Assembly (NCBI GenBank): GCA_048939765.1
Contig: JBHLPF010000019.1
Span: 3,754 to 26,133 of the forward strand
From: Promethearchaeota archaeon
GTDB taxonomy: Archaea > Asgardarchaeota > Thorarchaeia > Thorarchaeales > Thorarchaeaceae
Direction: 5' to 3'
DNA: 22,380 bases
The position numbers were made by a program, and so were the translations under genes. Below, in pieces: positions 1 to 9,222 of this stretch. Numbering within the stretch: position 1 is the stretch's first letter; every line of letters begins with the position of its first letter. The notes under the pieces were generated by a model that made no database searches, had not been told where the DNA came from, and worked only from the letters and a program-made list of their open reading frames with translations.

Positions 1-1955
1 AACAAGCCTTCATATTGCTCAGCCCAGAAATCAAACAAGTGATGAGGGCTTTCATCATCCAGTCCAATCTCACGCAATGAGAACTTGACATCGATTGGCG
101 CATTCCCCAGATTGAATACTCCCAGAACCGCCCATCTTCCCATGGGGGTTTCTAGAGGGAGGGCAAATAGACTCGGATGGGTTTCAATCAATGAGTCCAG
201 TGCAACTGCGCTCTTCGGATAGACTGGGAGGAGCTTGTCAAACATATGAAGTCGCTCTTCTGAGAGTTCCGCTACATTGTCACTCATAAGGAGCAGTCCC
301 CCACTGAGTGCAATAGCCGTCATCCAGAGACGCAATTCTTCCAGTGTGGTGTTGGTGTCTTCATGGCGCAGCATTAAGCAGTCCGGGTCATTCTTCCACC
401 ATCGGTCATGCATAAACGCCCGTGTCAGTGTATTGACGGCTGCAGGATACATGCCCAAGCCACCTTCCTCCTCTTCGCTTTCATAGATCCACACCGGCCC
501 GATGTCAGCGCCAATTCTCATCCCATTGACAATTCCTACGCACGGTCCCAAGGGTGCTCCACAACCCAGAATGAATGAGTCACCAACAGCCTTTCGAATT
601 GCCTCAATGCCCTGTCTAATGGCTTGGGCACGAGTCATAAAGAGGTTCTGACGGTGCCCTTCTATTGCAGCATCATAAAGGAAGTCGATTTTGAAGTATT
701 CATATCCATCAGCCCGCAGACGCTTGAAGGTCTTCTCCAAGAATGATATCACCTCAGAGTTAGTGAGATCAAGGGCATAATAGTCGCCAAGCCAGAGAGG
801 ATTCTGTCCTGCCACTTTTGGCTTGCCTTCGTCATCTTTCACAAACCAATCGGGATTCTTTCTGAAGAGATTGGAATGCTGAGAGGCAATGAATGGCGCG
901 GTCCAGATTCCAGCCCGATATCCTGATTTGTTGATGAAATCTACGAGAGCGCTCAGACCTTTGGTGAACTTGTCATTGGGCTTCCAATCACCTATGAGCC
1001 TCTGGTATCCATCATCCAATTGGATCCATTCAATCTCCTTGCCAAATCTCTCAACGAGCAAATTCGTGTTTGATTCCATCTCACCTTCATCAATCAGTGT
1101 GTAGTAGTAGTACCAGCTACACCAGCCTGTAGGGACATTGTGCCAGGAGATCGCGTTCATTGTCTTCCCGACCAATTCTGCGTATTGAGTTAGGTCAGCG
1201 AGACCATCCTCACCAACATACACCACAAGCTCTTCAGAGGCTAGACTCTGACCTTTGGGGACAATCACTCGGTCTCCAAGTGAGGATGCAGCAACTCCCG
1301 CAAGTCGGTTTGCCTCTCTATCTCGTCCCTTTAGAGTGATTTCGCAAAACTGGTCGGCCATTGTTGAGAATCCAAGGGTTAGGGCACTTCTAGTCTTGAT
1401 ATTGGTTAGCACACTGAAGAAGTGGCTTTTGTTTTCTCCCGAATCCAAGGCCAGCGCATGACTAAGATCCCAAGACTGGAAACCATTCCTGAAGTACCTA
1501 AGGTCCTGAGCATTCCAACCTGTGAAGATACTTGACTCAGCCTCTATGTCGACTAGAAGCGGACTGAACATTAGCACACGCGTGTCATTGGACTTGTTCC
1601 CGAACATCACAAGGCAACTATAGCCTCTTTGAACTCTGTTCATGCTGAATCTCACATTGAGTTCTGCCCTCTTGTCAGAATCAACAAGCTTCAGGACCAC
1701 AATCTTGCCATTACCTCTTTCATCGCTGTAATCCAGTGAACTTACAGACCTGTAAGTCATCTTTCTGGAGTCTAGAATCTGGCTCTCCGTCCGTACTTGC
1801 ACGTAGGCATTCGAGAAGTACTTGGTCTGCCCAGCAATTGAGGATAAGGAGAATGTGCCTAGGTGGATGTTGAATTTGAGGATTACCACATCATTGCTCA
1901 AGCTGATTGTATCCTCACCGATCTCAAGCTTGCAGAATTGGTGATCCTTCTCCAA
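1..1955 (-). CDS. Alpha-galactosidase, glycoside hydrolase family 36 (3' end runs off the window)
   Basis: Manual minus-strand translation from TTG at 1955 (GGAGG 8 nt upstream, in-frame TAG directly before); the same frame is read at the window edge. Motifs YFRNGFQSW, PTGWCSWYYYY, IQLDDGYQ, GIWTAPF, YALDLTN, YFKIDFLY (nucleophile Asp), ILGCGAP, MRIGADI. Missing from the ORF track because the stop is outside the window. Confidence 0.9.
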   Translation of the reverse strand, partial: MEKDHQFCKLEIGEDTISLSNDVVILKFNIHLGTFSLSSIAGQTKYFSNAYVQVRTESQILDSRKMTYRSVSSLDYSDERGNGKIVVLKLVDSDKRAELNVRFSMNRVQRGYSCLVMFGNKSNDTRVLMFSPLLVDIEAESSIFTGWNAQDLRYFRNGFQSWDLSHALALDSGENKSHFFSVLTNIKTRSALTLGFSTMADQFCEITLKGRDREANRLAGVAASSLGDRVIVPKGQSLASEELVVYVGEDGLADLTQYAELVGKTMNAISWHNVPTGWCSWYYYYTLIDEGEMESNTNLLVERFGKEIEWIQLDDGYQRLIGDWKPNDKFTKGLSALVDFINKSGYRAGIWTAPFIASQHSNLFRKNPDWFVKDDEGKPKVAGQNPLWLGDYYALDLTNSEVISFLEKTFKRLRADGYEYFKIDFLYDAAIEGHRQNLFMTRAQAIRQGIEAIRKAVGDSFILGCGAPLGPCVGIVNGMRIGADIGPVWIYESEEEEGGLGMYPAAVNTLTRAFMHDRWWKNDPDCLMLRHEDTNTTLEELRLWMTAIALSGGLLLMSDNVAELSEERLHMFDKLLPVYPKSAVALDSLIETHPSLFALPLETPMGRWAVLGVFNLGNAPIDVKFSLREIGLDDESPHHLFDFWAEQYEGL

Positions 1956-2020
1956 CTATACTGCCTCCGAGGCTGTGTGTCCAAGGCTCTTCCCTCTTAA
2001 TATTTGCCCGAAGGATTTGG

Positions 2021-2166
2021 CTCTGGGTAAATGTGGTTCAGAGAGTGATATTATGTCCAAGGGAGGTCGTGGAGCTCCTTCCTGTGCACTCAGGCTCCGT
2101 AGGGGCTAGCATGGCCCATGAAGAGCACACCTGATCCTTTTAGGTGTGATGAATCCTACGATGAGC
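2021..2166 (+). ncRNA. Candidate structured small RNA with box C/D-like motifs
   Basis: Several nested stems found by eye (see findings), ATGAAGA/CTGA/GTGATGA/ATGA boxes, and an AT-rich TATA-like element at ~1997-2005. No family recognised; strand uncertain. Confidence 0.35.
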
Positions 2167-2173
2167 GATCAAC

Positions 2174-2800
2174 TCATCCCTCCGATTCTCGTTTTGGTTT
2201 TTCATCACTTTCAATGGCAGCTCTTGTTGCTGTGAGCCGATCTCGAGCAACATGAATCCATTGATTGACCCACCTCTCAAGGGTTGGGTCGAGCTTTATA
2301 GCCGCCTCAGCACATGCTATAGCCCTCTCATCATCCCCCTCAATAAAGTGGGCATTGGCTGTGTTGTAGAATGCCTCTGCGTAGTTTGGGCGAATCGCCA
2401 CTGCTCGAGTATACGCTTCGATTGCGTTCGCCGGATCAGCCAGTCGTGAGAAGGTGTTGCCAAGATTGTTCCATGCTTCCGCATCTTCAGGGTCAATTCG
2501 GAGAGCTTCTTCATAGCACTCCTTGGCACCTTCAAAGTCTGCGATATCATAAAGAACCGTAGCTTTGTTGAACCATATATCAAAGATCCAGTTATCGATA
2601 GCGAGAGCCTCGTCGTATGCCTCGATGGCTTCTTCATTCTTGCCAGAATGCGATAGCGCGATTCCTAGGTTATACCATCCCTCTATGGAATCAGGACTCC
2701 TCTTCAGGAAATCTCGAAGGACGGAAATTGCATCATCGTAAAGATCTGCTTCAATTAAGCCCACGGCTCGAGCAATTTGACTCTCTGTGTCCTCTGCCAT
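2174..2800 (-). CDS. Tetratricopeptide repeat protein
   Basis: Tandem 34-aa TPR units (WYNLGIAL..., WFNKATVL..., AWNNLGNTF..., AFYNTANAH...). Confidence 0.92.
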   Translation of the reverse strand: MAEDTESQIARAVGLIEADLYDDAISVLRDFLKRSPDSIEGWYNLGIALSHSGKNEEAIEAYDEALAIDNWIFDIWFNKATVLYDIADFEGAKECYEEALRIDPEDAEAWNNLGNTFSRLADPANAIEAYTRAVAIRPNYAEAFYNTANAHFIEGDDERAIACAEAAIKLDPTLERWVNQWIHVARDRLTATRAAIESDEKPKRESEG

Positions 2801-2815
2801 TTTGCTATCGACCCG

Positions 2816-3250
2816 TCATTCCTTTGACTTGCCGGCCATCATTCTAGCTACTATTGTGAGTATGATGGCAGCTCCATTCATGGTCATCGCCATTCCAGTG
2901 AACCAGGTAACAGTCGCGTCCAAGCCTGATGTGTAAAGTGTCTGGCCTACACTAATGATTAAACCAAAGATGCCCATTCCAGCTCCAGTACCAATCAGAA
3001 ACTTCCCAAGGTGCAGCCGCTCTATTGTTAGAAGAAATCCGCCAATCAAGACAATGTTCCCTCCCAAAGAAGCAAGAATTCCAAGGGCCTGCCGCACTAA
3101 TTCAATTGTCGGCAAGTAAGGCTGAAGCTCCGGTATTGATGCTGCAACCTCAGCAATTGTGCCAAAGATTCCGATATTTCCCACAGCACCTGAAATGATC
3201 AGCATGACGCCGGCTGCAACGCATAATAGCCAAGGAATCTTATTTCGCAT
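2816..3250 (-). CDS. Hypothetical Gly-rich integral membrane protein (~4 TM)
   Basis: 144-aa ORF with four hydrophobic Gly-rich segments, closely spaced and co-oriented with neighbours. Confidence 0.8.
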   Translation of the reverse strand: MRNKIPWLLCVAAGVMLIISGAVGNIGIFGTIAEVAASIPELQPYLPTIELVRQALGILASLGGNIVLIGGFLLTIERLHLGKFLIGTGAGMGIFGLIISVGQTLYTSGLDATVTWFTGMAMTMNGAAIILTIVARMMAGKSKE

Positions 3251-3290
3251 TTCAGCACCAATTCGTCAAAGCCTCTACTGACCTATATTT

Positions 3291-4145
3291 CTATTCAAAT
3301 GAATCAAAAGAGATTCTCTTGCTTCTTCGCCTGTCGAATGCCGCTATTTCCTTCATTCCGCACTTCCTCAAAAGCTCTAGCGCATTTGAGATTCCGGCTC
3401 CAACTTCAGAGGGGTGATGTGCGTCTGATCCTACGATGACCGCATTAATCCTTCTCTCACATAGAGCCTCAACAATCACTCTCTCCGGCATAGGTTCTAG
3501 AGAGCCTCTACGAATCGAAGATGTATTGATTTCATATCCGACTCCCTGTGCTTTCATTATCCTGCAGAGTTCATCTATATGTGGCTTCCAGAGAGAATGA
3601 ATCTCAGGTCCGAAGAACTCCTCACCATACCGACGGTATATATCGAGATGGCCTAGGGCGTCGAAGATGCCAGTTTTGAGCATATCTTTGATTACATTGA
3701 AGTAAATATTGCCAACCTGCTCCATTCCGTATTTCTTGAATATCTCGAATGCCTCTTCTTTCAATGAGATTGCCTTGTGATCAATGAGATGCACTGAACC
3801 AATCACAAGATCAAACTCGGTTTCATGAAATGCATCCGGAAGGTCCTCAAGGACTCCTGGATACATATCTACCTCCACTCCTAGACGAACATTGAGTCCT
3901 TTGTGAGCGTATTCATCTCCAAGATTTCTGATATGATTACTATAGTCCTCGACCCAACTTGAATCGTGGACACTGACCCTTTCTCCCCTTACCATCACAT
4001 AGCTGTCGTCCCTCATTGGATCCGAGTCTAGGTGTGTAGTGAAGCAAATCTCTCGCAATCCCCTATCCAATGCTGCTCTACAGAACTCATCTAGTGTGCC
4101 CTCTGCATCAGCGGAATAAGCCGGGTGGATATGATAATCCATCAT
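3291..4145 (-). CDS. PHP-family histidinol-phosphatase (HisJ/HisK type)
   Basis: DYHIH, FTTH, GVEVD, IGSVH, GHLD, EINTS and GSDAH PHP metal-binding motifs. Confidence 0.88.
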   Translation of the reverse strand: MMDYHIHPAYSADAEGTLDEFCRAALDRGLREICFTTHLDSDPMRDDSYVMVRGERVSVHDSSWVEDYSNHIRNLGDEYAHKGLNVRLGVEVDMYPGVLEDLPDAFHETEFDLVIGSVHLIDHKAISLKEEAFEIFKKYGMEQVGNIYFNVIKDMLKTGIFDALGHLDIYRRYGEEFFGPEIHSLWKPHIDELCRIMKAQGVGYEINTSSIRRGSLEPMPERVIVEALCERRINAVIVGSDAHHPSEVGAGISNALELLRKCGMKEIAAFDRRRSKRISFDSFE

Positions 4146-4210
4146 GGGATTCTGGGATTTGCTTGACCAGTATATGATGTTGACTAATGTGCCATCAGTG
4201 TACTACTCAT

Positions 4211-5443
4211 CTACTGCGTAGCAACTGGATCCAATGATATCGGTGCATCCCCCTTTGCTGTCTTCTTCTCTCTCAAGAGGAGGGAGAAGATGGTAGCCAG
4301 AAGGGTTGTCAAAACCAAAAACATGACAGACGCCTGAAGTCCGAAAACATCGCCAATCCAGCCAAAGAGTATAGGTGAGAGCGCGCCTGGAATCGCACCT
4401 ATAGAGAAGAGAATTCCAAATGCCAATCCTTGCTTTTCTCGAGGAGTCACTTCTGTCTGAAATGCAGTATTTGGTGGTACGCCCAGAAAGAAGAAGAATC
4501 CAAACCCAACAAGCACTAAGAGAAGAGAGATCTGATCCAAAGGCGCATTGAGAAGGAACAAGAGCGGCGTTGATACAGCAGTTGATAGAATCAGGAAGGG
4601 AACGCGCCTTCCAGTCCGATCCGAAATTGGGGCTGAAACGATTTCACCAACAATGCCAGCGACCAGCATAATTGTAGTAAAGTAGCCTGCAATGATAGGA
4701 TCGTAATGATAATGGCTCGCCACAAGATACAGAGGCATCAGTAATGTTGTACAGCGAAACGACATTCCTCTGAATCCTGCGATGACTGTAATAATTGCAA
4801 AGTTGCGAGTCCATCCGTCTTCTCCATCATCTTTTTCTCGTTCCACATTTTGCAGGGATGGCTCTTTCTTCGCGTACCTCATGAGGAGAACCACAGGTAT
4901 GAAGAATGCAAATCCAATCATTGCAAGAACGACAAACGATTCTCTCCAGCCTCCAACCAGGACCAGTAGTGAAACTCCAAGAAAGGGGATGATCGCCATG
5001 CCAACAAGGCCGCCCATTGCTTGGAAACCTGTAGCCATAGCTCGCGAAGACTTTGGGAATTTCTCAGTCAAAACCGGAAAGACGCTGGGATGGTAGCCTG
5101 CCGCTGCCAGTCCCAGGATAAGCATTGTCGCAGTCAGGAAAAGAAATGTTGTGGCGAGACTTGAAACAAGCACAATTACTGCGGTTATTATAATGCTGGC
5201 GGGAATGAAGATGTTTCTCCATCCCTTGTCACCAAGATATCCAACAAGCAGATGTGATGTTGTCATTGTCACAATTGAGGCACTTGTGATTATCCCTGCT
5301 TCAGTCAAAGTAAGTGCAAGCTCATCTCTGATTATTGGCAAGAAGGGTGAGAGCATACCAGTATAGATGTGGTTCATGAAATGCGTCAAAGTGCATGCTA
5401 TTAGAACAGCATACGATGCCTTTGTGACTCTTGACAACTCCAT
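4211..5443 (-). CDS. MFS transporter (12 TM)
   Basis: Motif A-like GYLGDKGWR and SDRTGRR, two 6-TM halves; RBS GGAAGTGA before ATG. Confidence 0.92.
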   Translation of the reverse strand: MELSRVTKASYAVLIACTLTHFMNHIYTGMLSPFLPIIRDELALTLTEAGIITSASIVTMTTSHLLVGYLGDKGWRNIFIPASIIITAVIVLVSSLATTFLFLTATMLILGLAAAGYHPSVFPVLTEKFPKSSRAMATGFQAMGGLVGMAIIPFLGVSLLVLVGGWRESFVVLAMIGFAFFIPVVLLMRYAKKEPSLQNVEREKDDGEDGWTRNFAIITVIAGFRGMSFRCTTLLMPLYLVASHYHYDPIIAGYFTTIMLVAGIVGEIVSAPISDRTGRRVPFLILSTAVSTPLLFLLNAPLDQISLLLVLVGFGFFFFLGVPPNTAFQTEVTPREKQGLAFGILFSIGAIPGALSPILFGWIGDVFGLQASVMFLVLTTLLATIFSLLLREKKTAKGDAPISLDPVATQ

Positions 5444-5513
5444 AACTCACTTCCGCTTGCTTCAGCAAGTGGCGACGTGACTCCCAGTTAAGCCTACTGA
5501 TGACGGACACGAC

Positions 5514-6227
5514 CTATGGTAGGATTGTCTTTCTATGAAGTGCAGTGGCAACTAGAGCTGCACTTGCTCCTATTTTGAAGAGCTCGCGTAAATCATCACG
5601 GTTTCTGACTCCACCCCCTGCAATCACTCGCATTGTGGAGTTGCTGCATATCTTAACAAGTCCATCATGGATTGGCCCCTTTCCCGTCCCGACAAGGTTC
5701 AATTCAAGGACTATTAGATTTCGAATTCCATGTTCTTCCAGTATGTAGGCCACCGTGAGAGGATCCTTCCCGCCGAATTCTTGACACGCACTCAAGGTCT
5801 TTCCATTCATCAAGTCTAGAGATCCTATAATCGAATCCCCATGCATCTGTTGAATCTCTACAAGATCTTCCAGTGAAGCAAGAGTTTCAGTTGCTACAAT
5901 TGCCTGCTGAATCCCCATCCGAAGAAGGTTATCAATATCATTTGCAGTCCTTGCTCCACCATCAAGTAGAATCTCTAGGTCTGTGGATTCAGCGATATTC
6001 GAGATGAGCGAGAAATTGTCACCAATGCCCCTTATAGCATCAAGGTCTGCGATATAGACTCTATCAACACCAAAGACTTGCTTGAATGCGATGGCAACAT
6101 CGATTGGGTTAGATCCATCCACAATACTGCTCTCGATTGGTCTATACTCATTTCTCCTGCCTTGAATTCCGTGGACTACCTGTCCCCTCATGATGTCCAT
6201 TACAGGGATTATCTCGGCTTGACCCAT
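5514..6227 (-). CDS. HisA/HisF-related TIM-barrel protein of the type associated with C1-cofactor gene clusters
   Basis: IIPVMDI..GQVVHG..G.R..YRPI, YIADLDAI, LDGG, VATETL, GSLDL, AGGGVR, ALVATALH; divergent from mfnD. Confidence 0.85.
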   Translation of the reverse strand: MGQAEIIPVMDIMRGQVVHGIQGRRNEYRPIESSIVDGSNPIDVAIAFKQVFGVDRVYIADLDAIRGIGDNFSLISNIAESTDLEILLDGGARTANDIDNLLRMGIQQAIVATETLASLEDLVEIQQMHGDSIIGSLDLMNGKTLSACQEFGGKDPLTVAYILEEHGIRNLIVLELNLVGTGKGPIHDGLVKICSNSTMRVIAGGGVRNRDDLRELFKIGASAALVATALHRKTILP

Positions 6228-6296
6228 GATTCTCGCTTTCTTTTCAAATCTGTAAGAGTCTTATAGGTTGCTGACAATGGACTGACTGGGTCGGAA

Positions 6297-7532
6297 ATGC
6301 AAATATTCCTCTATGAGCACATATCAGGAGGTGGACTGGCGAGCGAGGATTTGTCGCTGAGCTTTGCTGCACAAGGATTTGCAATGCTCTGCACAATGGC
6401 CCGGAGTCTTAACCACGCTGGACACGACGTTTCATTCTGCTATGATGCCAGAATACACGAAGAACTGCTTCCTAGAGGAAATCAGAAGAAACGTGTATCA
6501 GATGAATCGAGTTGGGAAGCGGCAATAAGGGACCTCTCGGACAGCGCGGACCTGGGGCTCGTTATTGCTCCAGAGGATGACGGTATTCTTGTGGAGGTTC
6601 TTAAGTCAATCAGAGCCAGAGGATTGGATGTTGTAAGTCCTGAAACCGAAACCGTTGCATTCTGTTCTGATAAAATCAATACTGCGAATCTCTTTGAGGA
6701 ACTTGCAATTCCTGGTCCAAAGATGATATTCGGGACAATTCATGATATCCTAAACGACAGTCAGGAATTGAAATTCCCTGTTGTCATCAAACCTGCCATC
6801 TCATCAGGCGCGACGTGTACCTTTATTGCGCATGATACGGGTGCTCTTATGGAGCTGGCACATAGGCCTGAGATGGAGAACCGAGTCGCATCGTTTATCC
6901 TTCAAGAATATATTGACGGTGATCAAGGTAGCGTGTCACTTCTTACAGGCAACGGTAAGTCGTCAGTTATTTCTGTGAATCGCCAGAATGTGTCTTTGGG
7001 TACATCTGATTCAAATCCAGGGTATCATGGCGGGGAGTGCCCCTTTGAACATCCAGCAGCCAGGAAGGCTGCAGCCTACTCGCGAAAGATATGCGAGGCG
7101 CTGACAGGTCTGCGAGGCTATGTGGGAATCGATTTTGTCTTCCATGGAAAGGAAGCTTATCCTATCGAGATTAACCCTAGGCTCACTGTATCCTCGATTG
7201 GCCTCGAACGAACTATTGGACCAAAAGGGCTAGCAAGCATCATAAAGTGTGATTCAGGTTCGCTTCCGAGGCAGTCGAAACCAAATGGATTCGCCATCTT
7301 TGAGGAATACATCGACATGAAACTGATTCCTATCTCATTGCACCATGTCGATGACTACGCAAGAGTCATGGTGATCCCTGGTGTATCGAGCCCGCCCATT
7401 CCATTGACAAATGACAACACAGTTGTTCGACCCTATTTATGCGGATGGGGTCAGACTAGAGACAAGGCTAGGGATGATCTCAGCGCGATAGAACTTAGCA
7501 TCAACACCCGGATTGAGGGGATTTCTGTTTGA
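6297..7532 (+). CDS. mfnD: Tyramine--L-glutamate ligase (ATP-grasp), methanofuran biosynthesis
   Basis: N-terminal IFLYEHISGGG and G.AML, VIAPEDDG, SDK, VIKP, QEYIDG..GSVS, SVNRQ, GYVGIDFV, IEINPRLT; first gene of a run with mfnF and mfnE. Confidence 0.8.
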   Translation: MQIFLYEHISGGGLASEDLSLSFAAQGFAMLCTMARSLNHAGHDVSFCYDARIHEELLPRGNQKKRVSDESSWEAAIRDLSDSADLGLVIAPEDDGILVEVLKSIRARGLDVVSPETETVAFCSDKINTANLFEELAIPGPKMIFGTIHDILNDSQELKFPVVIKPAISSGATCTFIAHDTGALMELAHRPEMENRVASFILQEYIDGDQGSVSLLTGNGKSSVISVNRQNVSLGTSDSNPGYHGGECPFEHPAARKAAAYSRKICEALTGLRGYVGIDFVFHGKEAYPIEINPRLTVSSIGLERTIGPKGLASIIKCDSGSLPRQSKPNGFAIFEEYIDMKLIPISLHHVDDYARVMVIPGVSSPPIPLTNDNTVVRPYLCGWGQTRDKARDDLSAIELSINTRIEGISV

Positions 7533-8581
7533 GAGTAGTTGGTTTAGACATTGGAGGAGCTAACCTCAAGGGATGCGGTCTCACACTGGATGACGAAGGA
7601 ATTCCTGGCGACCTTGTTTTTTGCTCGAAGAGCTTCCCAATCTGGCAACGTGAAAGAATCGATCTCTGGAATCTCATTGCCGATACAGTATATGAATTGG
7701 CTGACGCATCTGAAACACCTGAACTCGTATCAGTGGTCATGACTGCAGAATTATCCGATACTTTCAAGACTAAACGAGAGGGAGTTACGGCCATTGCACA
7801 GGGAGTTCATCGGACCCTTAGAAACATCCCCATTATATTTCCTGATATAAACCTGGAACTCCTTGAACTTGAGGAAGTCCTGAACGACCCGCTACGAGTG
7901 GCTGCGGCTAACTGGCCAGTCCTTGCATGGACAGTAGGTCGTGGAGTTCCTGATTGTACTCTCATCGATGTGGGATCTACGACCACCGACATAATTCCAA
8001 TCAGAGATGGTCTTCCTCTTACGCGCGGCCGAAACGATACAAATCGCCTTATGAGCGGCGAATTGGTGTATACAGGAGCTCTAAGGACAAATCTTTCAGC
8101 TATACTGCGTGAGGTTGAGCTAGACGGTGTGACCTGTCGTGTTTCCTCAGAGTATTTTGCTACAAGTGCAGATGTTCATCTAGTACTCGGCCATATTACT
8201 AAGGACCAATACTCCAATGACACAGCAGACGGTCGGGGAAAATCTGTAGAAGAGTGCAAAGCTCGTCTAGCTAGGATTGTATGTGGCGATATTGAAACAG
8301 TGCCTGAGGATCAGATTGTCGATATTGCTCGACAAGCATGGACTCAGCAGCTCAAGGACATTGCTAGCGGAGTTCTTCAGGTCTGTGCCATGTACGGTCT
8401 TGAGTTCGCTGAGCAGATCTTTGTCTTCTCAGGGGTGGGCGCCGTTTTTCTGGCCCGCAGCGCCTTGGCATCCTTTGATATAAAGGAAAGCAGATACCTC
8501 CAAGACATTCTTGGACCGGAGGGTGCCAATTCTGCGACAGCTTTTGCTGCAGCCCTCTATGCAGCTAGGAATTGGAAGTGA
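7529..8581 (+). CDS. mfnF: MfnF, hydantoinase A-like enzyme coupling the furan moiety to gamma-glutamyltyramine
   Basis: GLDIGGANLK, VMTAELSD.F..K.EGV, AAANW, IDVGSTTTDIIPI, GELVYTG..RT, SSEYFATSAD, RLARIVCGD; 4-nt overlap with mfnD. Confidence 0.88.
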   Translation: MRVVGLDIGGANLKGCGLTLDDEGIPGDLVFCSKSFPIWQRERIDLWNLIADTVYELADASETPELVSVVMTAELSDTFKTKREGVTAIAQGVHRTLRNIPIIFPDINLELLELEEVLNDPLRVAAANWPVLAWTVGRGVPDCTLIDVGSTTTDIIPIRDGLPLTRGRNDTNRLMSGELVYTGALRTNLSAILREVELDGVTCRVSSEYFATSADVHLVLGHITKDQYSNDTADGRGKSVEECKARLARIVCGDIETVPEDQIVDIARQAWTQQLKDIASGVLQVCAMYGLEFAEQIFVFSGVGAVFLARSALASFDIKESRYLQDILGPEGANSATAFAAALYAARNWK

Positions 8582-8585
8582 TGCT

Positions 8586-9221
8586 TTGAAAGTAGTCGTC
8601 AAGGTGGGCGGAAGCGTGATGAATTATCCTTACGAGCTGAGGGAAATTCTGAAGGCCATCTCCATCTACAGTGAAAGACACAGTATGCTCGTCGTACCTG
8701 GAGGAGGAGCTTTTGCTAACACTGTCAGATACTATCATACGCGGAAGTTTCTCTCTGACTCAGCTGCTCACTGGCTTGCGATAAAATGTATGGGTCTCAC
8801 TGGCGCCATTCTGGCTGATATGCAATCAATACTGAGTATCTATTCTGGGGTAGATGCCTTGGAGAGATGGGCCGATGGGCAGAGTTTCATAATTCAGCCC
8901 TATGAACTGCTGAAATTCCATGACCGATTGCCACATAGCTGGGATGTCACAAGTGACTCGATAGCCTATTGGATAGGAATAGAGGGTGATGCAGATGTTG
9001 TCATCTTCCTAAAGAGTGTCAATCCTTTTGCAAAGTGGTTCACAGTAGTTCAATCAGAAACAGAGCCGGTTAAACCTAAGAGTTTTGAATATCTGGTCGA
9101 AAAAGCCATCATTGATCCTTACATGGTCTATCTTCAATCCAAATTCCAGGGCTATTTCTATGTCATGAATGGTCTATGGCCTGAGAATCTTGCAGCGATT
9201 CTTGATGTGCCAGAACAATAG
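8586..9221 (+). CDS. mfnE: MfnE, [5-(aminomethyl)furan-3-yl]methyl phosphate kinase (amino-acid-kinase fold)
   Basis: VVKVGGS, VVPGGGAFAN.VR, AHWLAI..M, LPHSWDVTSDSIA. Start moved to TTG 8586 (in frame, RBS GGAAGTGA over the mfnF stop) from 8511. Confidence 0.85.
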   Translation: MKVVVKVGGSVMNYPYELREILKAISIYSERHSMLVVPGGGAFANTVRYYHTRKFLSDSAAHWLAIKCMGLTGAILADMQSILSIYSGVDALERWADGQSFIIQPYELLKFHDRLPHSWDVTSDSIAYWIGIEGDADVVIFLKSVNPFAKWFTVVQSETEPVKPKSFEYLVEKAIIDPYMVYLQSKFQGYFYVMNGLWPENLAAILDVPEQ

Positions 9222-9222
9222 A

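Noticed and set aside
277-2134. Short plus-strand ORFs 277-486, 889-1104, 1255-1461 and 1907-2134
   Set aside because: Antisense shadows of the GH36 gene or overlapping the structured intergenic region; no recognisable motifs.
2098-2160. Hammerhead ribozyme or SECIS reading of the three-way junction
   Set aside because: The core is ATGAAGA/GAAT rather than CUGANGA/GAAA and lacks the UH site; for a SECIS the helix is short and asymmetric, has no apical AA, and no co-oriented gene with an in-frame TGA is present.
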